Shown here piece by piece: positions 57,316 to 64,000 of a stretch of DNA of 64,000 nt. The stretch is from Planctomycetota bacterium. GTDB lineage: Bacteria; Planctomycetota; UBA1135; UBA2386. The stretch lies in the NCBI GenBank assembly GCA_046290465.1, contig JBKAGP010000001.1, positions 6,144,001 through 6,208,000 on the forward strand. Reading direction: 5' to 3'. Under the pieces are notes generated by a model. It searched no databases. It worked only from the letters and a program-made list of their open reading frames with translations, and was not told the DNA's origin. The position numbers and the translations under genes are program-made. Within the stretch, counting starts at the first letter, position 1, and each line of letters opens with the position of its first letter.

Positions 57316-59028
57316 ATGACGCGTCTCTCGCTCGCAATCCTGATGGCATCCGCTGGCCTGCTCGGTCAGACCGATGTCGACGGTGCGCCCGAGCTGAAGG
57401 ACTGCGTCGAACGGCCCTACGCCTACATCCGCCTCGACGCCTCGCCCCCTCGAAGCCGCAACGCCAACCGGCGCGACCACGCCGCGGTGCGCAAGCTGCT
57501 GTCGAACCCTTCGCTCGACCTGCTGTTCACCGGCGATCTGCAGGCGACCGGCACGGGCGAGGCGGCCGGCAGCAACACCGGCAGCGAAGCCGGCTCGAGC
57601 CGCGCGCTGTCGATGGTGCGCGGCATGCTGAGCAAGGGTGCCAGCCAGATCGAACTGGCGCTGACCGGCATCGTCGGCCGCGCCGGCAAGCCGCTGCTGG
57701 TGCTGCGGGCCCGGCTCGAGCACGACCAGGCGGATCGTCTGCGGCTGGTGCTCGAGCAGACCGCCGCGCTGGCGACCCCGAACCGCAAGCTCGGTGGCCA
57801 CCAGACGTTCACGTTGCGCGGCGGCCGCGGCCAGGGTGCCGGTGACGTCGTCGAGATGGCCATGGTCGGCGACGACTTCGTGGTCGGCAACGACACCTCG
57901 GCGATGCGCGAGGTGCTCGAGCCGCAGCCCGCGACGACGTCGGCGGGTGCGCAGCGCCAGGTGCTGTCGGCCAACAAGCAGTTCCAGCAGCTGCGCCAGC
58001 GCCTCGAGGTGCCGCCGGGCTCGCTGCTCGCCTTCGGCGACTGGAAGCGGCTCGGCCGGCGGCTGCAGTCGTCGATGACCGGCGCGCACGCCGAACTGCT
58101 CGCGTCCAGCGGGCTCGGCTCGGCGCGCTCGGTGATGATGACGATCGCCCCGGCATCCAAGGAACAGTCCAAGAAGGCGGACGAGGCGTTCGCCGCGACG
58201 CTGCTGCTCGACTTCGAGTTCGACGCGTCCGAGCGCGGCGGCGGCATCGACGGCTGGTTCGCCGCGACCCAGCCGGTGCCAGCCCGTCAGCTGATGAAGG
58301 AGCTGCCGCGCACCGGTCTCGGCGGCCTGGTGCTGTCGGTCGACCTGCGTGCGGTCGCGTCGCACTCGCGGCGCACGTCGCACCTCTACTGGGACCTGCG
58401 CGAGGCGTTCAGCAACTTCGGCCTCGACTTCCAGCGCAACGTGCTCGGTCGCTTGGTCTCACGCGGGACCGTGCAGCTGCACTTCGGCAAGCGGCACTTC
58501 GGCGCGTCCGGCGATGCGTTCGCCGCGGTGTCCCCGGTCTACGCCGTGCGGGCCAAGAACCGGCGCGCCGCGCAGGACCTGTTCAGCGACATGCGGCGCG
58601 TCGTCGAGGAGACCGAGATCGGCAAGCTGGTCGAGTTCACCGACGAGGCCGGCAAGCGCAAGGTCGAACTGCTGCGGCTGACCGGACGCGCCAACGCGTT
58701 CTCGGCGTTCTTGATGGTGCACGACGACACGCTGCTGCTCACCCGCGAGCAGGAGACGCTGGCGCAGCTGTTCGAAGAGCTGAAGCGTCCGCGCAGCCGC
58801 AACCGTCGCGACCAGCTGGCCAGCAACGCGATCAAGTCCATCGGCGGCGAGGACATCGCCGGCCTGTTCGACGTCGACCTCTCGCCGTTGTTCGAACGAA
58901 TCATGGCTGCGCTCGGAACCTCCGACGTAGACCTGTCGACGCTCCCCCGGCGTCATGTCGGTTACCTCGCGACCGATCGCTCCGAAGACGGTGCGGTCGT
59001 GCGCGTCCGGGTGTTGTCCTCGAGATGA
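57316..59028 (+). CDS. exported hypothetical protein (DUF3352-like)
   Basis: Signal peptide from ATG 57316; MAMVGDDFVVGND...LSANKQF unit resembles the 31446 protein. Confidence 0.7.
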   Translation: MTRLSLAILMASAGLLGQTDVDGAPELKDCVERPYAYIRLDASPPRSRNANRRDHAAVRKLLSNPSLDLLFTGDLQATGTGEAAGSNTGSEAGSSRALSMVRGMLSKGASQIELALTGIVGRAGKPLLVLRARLEHDQADRLRLVLEQTAALATPNRKLGGHQTFTLRGGRGQGAGDVVEMAMVGDDFVVGNDTSAMREVLEPQPATTSAGAQRQVLSANKQFQQLRQRLEVPPGSLLAFGDWKRLGRRLQSSMTGAHAELLASSGLGSARSVMMTIAPASKEQSKKADEAFAATLLLDFEFDASERGGGIDGWFAATQPVPARQLMKELPRTGLGGLVLSVDLRAVASHSRRTSHLYWDLREAFSNFGLDFQRNVLGRLVSRGTVQLHFGKRHFGASGDAFAAVSPVYAVRAKNRRAAQDLFSDMRRVVEETEIGKLVEFTDEAGKRKVELLRLTGRANAFSAFLMVHDDTLLLTREQETLAQLFEELKRPRSRNRRDQLASNAIKSIGGEDIAGLFDVDLSPLFERIMAALGTSDVDLSTLPRRHVGYLATDRSEDGAVVRVRVLSSR

Positions 59029-59141
59029 TTGCACCTGCTGTGTAACGCAGCGCGATCCACTCGTAGCAACACCTGCTCTTTCCCAACTCCAAACAACAGC
59101 CTTCGGTGAGGACCGGCGCGCTCGCGCGCCGTCGCCTTGCC

Positions 59142-59355
59142 GCGGATGCATGGGTGTCGAAACAGCCTCCAGCCGGCCCGAAATACTTGGGGCAGGCAGG
59201 GTCGGACGGAGACTTCCGCGTGTGTTGCGCGGGACATGCATCCGCATCTTCTTCGGGCGCATGGGTCGTTTGTCCCGCGCCGTCATTCCGAATACTTGGG
59301 GCAGGCAGGAATGACGGGGCGGAATGCGTGGTGTCACGCGGCGATCCATGCGCCC
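59142..59355 (+). ncRNA. candidate tandem structured RNA (two ~100-nt multi-stem units with a shared loop)
   Basis: Two units, each with a closing stem, a hairpin bearing GA(A)ATACTTGGGGCAGGCA and a small GTGT-loop hairpin. Stems differ but pair. Confidence 0.65.
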
Positions 59356-59395
59356 TCATTTTGTTTATGGGCATGCTTGGGTCTACAACCGGGGC

Positions 59396-62212
<2,817 letters not shown>

Positions 62213-62265
62213 CGCCCGGCACCACCGCGCCGGCAGGCCGGACCGACCGCATCGCGCCGCGAAGC

Positions 62266-62295
62266 GGCGCAGGATGAACCCGGTTCGGATGCGGC
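62266..62295. repeat. dispersed palindromic intergenic repeat, copy 3
   Basis: GGCGCAGGATGAACCCGGTTCGGATGCGGC. Confidence 0.75.
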
Positions 62296-62315
62296 GTCGA
62301 GGCCGTGGTCTCGGG

Positions 62316-63014
62316 TCAGCGGTCGCCGTACTGCTCGCGGAACTGGGCGCGCACGGCGACGAGGAAGGCCTCGAGCTGCTTGCCGGGTTCGTCGTCGAAC
62401 GGCTCGCGCAGTTCGAGGTCGCGCAGCCGGTCGACCCGGAAGGTGCGGAAGTCCTCGCGCAGCTCGCACCAGGCGCCGAGGGTCCAGACCGCGCCCCAGA
62501 ACGCCAGGCACAGCGGCCGCAGCACGCGTTCGGTGCCGGCTCCTGCCTTGTCCTCGTAGCGAACGCACAGCCGGCGCTTGGCGTCGATCGCCTCGCGCAC
62601 GGTGCGGATCGTGCCGCGCACCTCGGGGCACATCTCGGCCGGCACGGCCAGCTCCGGTCGGGCGAACCCCTGCAGCAGGTGATCCGGGACCACCTGCTCG
62701 ACCTTGGCGAGCACGCGCCGCGCCTGCGCGGCGAGCCGTTCGTCGCCGAACGCCTGCACCATGCGCGCGCCGAGCACCAGGGCATCGATCTCCTCGCGGT
62801 CGAACATCAGCGGCGGCAGGTCGAAGCCCTGCTGCAGGCAGTAGCCGACGCCGGCCTCACCGTCGATCGGCACGCCGCTCGCCAGCAGGTCGGCGACGTC
62901 CCGATAGACGGTGCGCAGCGAGACCTCGAGCGCGTCCGCCAGCTCGCGCGCGGTCACGACGCGCTGCGAGCGCAGCAGCAACACGATCTGGAACAGCCGG
63001 TCCGCGCGACGCAT
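62316..63014 (-). CDS. YafY-family HTH-WYL transcriptional regulator
   Basis: MRRADRLFQIV, LEVSLRTVYRD, GEAGVGY, WCELREDFRTFRVDR. Confidence 0.95.
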   Translation of the reverse strand: MRRADRLFQIVLLLRSQRVVTARELADALEVSLRTVYRDVADLLASGVPIDGEAGVGYCLQQGFDLPPLMFDREEIDALVLGARMVQAFGDERLAAQARRVLAKVEQVVPDHLLQGFARPELAVPAEMCPEVRGTIRTVREAIDAKRRLCVRYEDKAGAGTERVLRPLCLAFWGAVWTLGAWCELREDFRTFRVDRLRDLELREPFDDEPGKQLEAFLVAVRAQFREQYGDR

Positions 63015-63050
63015 GGCGGGCAGACGTTACCACCGAGGCAGCCGCAGGGC

Positions 63051-63554
63051 TCAGCTCCACTCCGGCACGTCGGCCGTCGGTCCGTAGGTCGGCGGCACCG
63101 CTGCGTCGCACAGGCGGAGGTAGACCTGCAGCTGGCCGCGGTGCTGGATCCAGTGGTGGATCAGCACGTCGCGAACGACCTGCTCGCGCGGCGCCTGCTG
63201 CAGCACCTTGTCGCCCATGCGCGCCGTCCACGTCCGCCGCATCGCGTCGTCGTCGAGTCGTTCGAGCGAGCTGCGGCACGTCGCCAGGTTGGTCTCGAGC
63301 GTCGCGAACAGCTCGGCCTTGTCCTTCGGCACGAACGGCTGGTAGTCGGCCAGCTGCGCGAAGTCCATCTCGTCCTCGAGGAAGCCGTGCGCCCACATCG
63401 GCGCCTCGGCGAGGTGCCCGGCGAGTGCTGCCATCGTCCACGACTTGTCGTGCGGGCGGTAGTCGAAGCGGTCCTCGGGAACGGCCTGCAGCACCTTCAC
63501 CGTCAGGGCGGCTTCGCGGGTCAGGTCGGAGAGCAGCGATTGCGTGATCGTCAT
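63051..63554 (-). CDS. DinB/YfiT family protein
   Basis: YRPHDKSWT...LAGHL, HHWIQHRGQLQVYLR, PPTYGP. Confidence 0.92.
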   Translation of the reverse strand: MTITQSLLSDLTREAALTVKVLQAVPEDRFDYRPHDKSWTMAALAGHLAEAPMWAHGFLEDEMDFAQLADYQPFVPKDKAELFATLETNLATCRSSLERLDDDAMRRTWTARMGDKVLQQAPREQVVRDVLIHHWIQHRGQLQVYLRLCDAAVPPTYGPTADVPEWS

Positions 63555-63684
63555 GCGGCGCATGATGACGAGCCCCTGCTGACAGCGTGGTGGCAGCAGC
63601 ATCGCGGTTCGTCGAGCAGCCGCCCATGCGAGGAGCCCAGGCGGCAGCGCCAACGCTGCTTCCAAGCCAACCGCGGAAGCGCGC

Positions 63685-64000
63685 TCAGCGCTTGCCGATC
63701 GCGTCCGCCGGCAGCTCCAGCACCAGCTCTCGTGGTTGGTCCCGCTTCGTCTCGAACGTGCCGAGCAACCAGCTGCGCGTCGCCTTGGGATGGGTGTGCA
63801 GATGCACCTCGACGCGGCCCGGCGGCAGGCCGGCGCACGTGAACCGTCCCGCCTGGTCGAGGATCACGTCCTCGACGATCCGCTGCTGCGCCGCTTCGCC
63901 GCAGACCAGCCGTACCCGCGGGGCCGAGCGGCTGTGGTAGGCGTAGATCGATGGGCTGCGCTCGGAATCGTGCTTCGGATCGAGGCGGAGCAGCGCGTCG
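63685..64000 (-). CDS. 3' end of a protein with a carboxypeptidase-regulatory-like beta domain (truncated by window end)
   Basis: Frame open to the window end; LDQAGRFTCAGLPPGRVEV motif. Confidence 0.6.
   Translation of the reverse strand, partial: DALLRLDPKHDSERSPSIYAYHSRSAPRVRLVCGEAAQQRIVEDVILDQAGRFTCAGLPPGRVEVHLHTHPKATRSWLLGTFETKRDQPRELVLELPADAIGKR

Noticed and set aside
59180..59309. Mini-CRISPR (two repeats plus a spacer)
   Set aside because: The repeat is only about 19 nt and forms hairpin loops within larger paired structures; the spacing is about 110 bp; no cas genes.

Overview
A 64-kb, very GC-rich bacterial chromosome segment (roughly 70% or more by eye). The many exported low-complexity, TPR and propeller proteins and the ECF/anti-sigma architecture suggest Planctomycetota; this is inference only. 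Core genes: 3' end of tadA, two tRNA-Ser, SRP RNA (ffs), alr, dnaX, ybaB, recR, hrpB, rpoN, truA, leuB-family dehydrogenase, purA, uppS, cdsA, phoH, ybeY, a FliA/WhiG-type sigma, lysA and lon. Interspersed accessory genes encode secreted proteases, a two-component system, a KamA-family radical SAM enzyme, a patatin, a sigma54 activator and WYL/DinB. No integrase, transposase, phage structural gene or CRISPR array was recognised. The most striking unexplained feature is a pair of tandem ~100-nt structured RNA-like units upstream of lon (59142-59355). Their stems differ in sequence yet pair, and they share a near-identical 18-19 nt loop. Other highlights: a single-chain protease with three trypsin domains (one catalytic) next to an exported 8xCxxC zinc-finger protein, a sensor kinase apparently starting at ATC, shared 11-bp-periodic operator boxes, a clean sigma54 promoter with UAS, a divergent ECF-like/TPR protein, and a dispersed palindromic repeat. 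All calls come from reading the sequence; no database searches were run.
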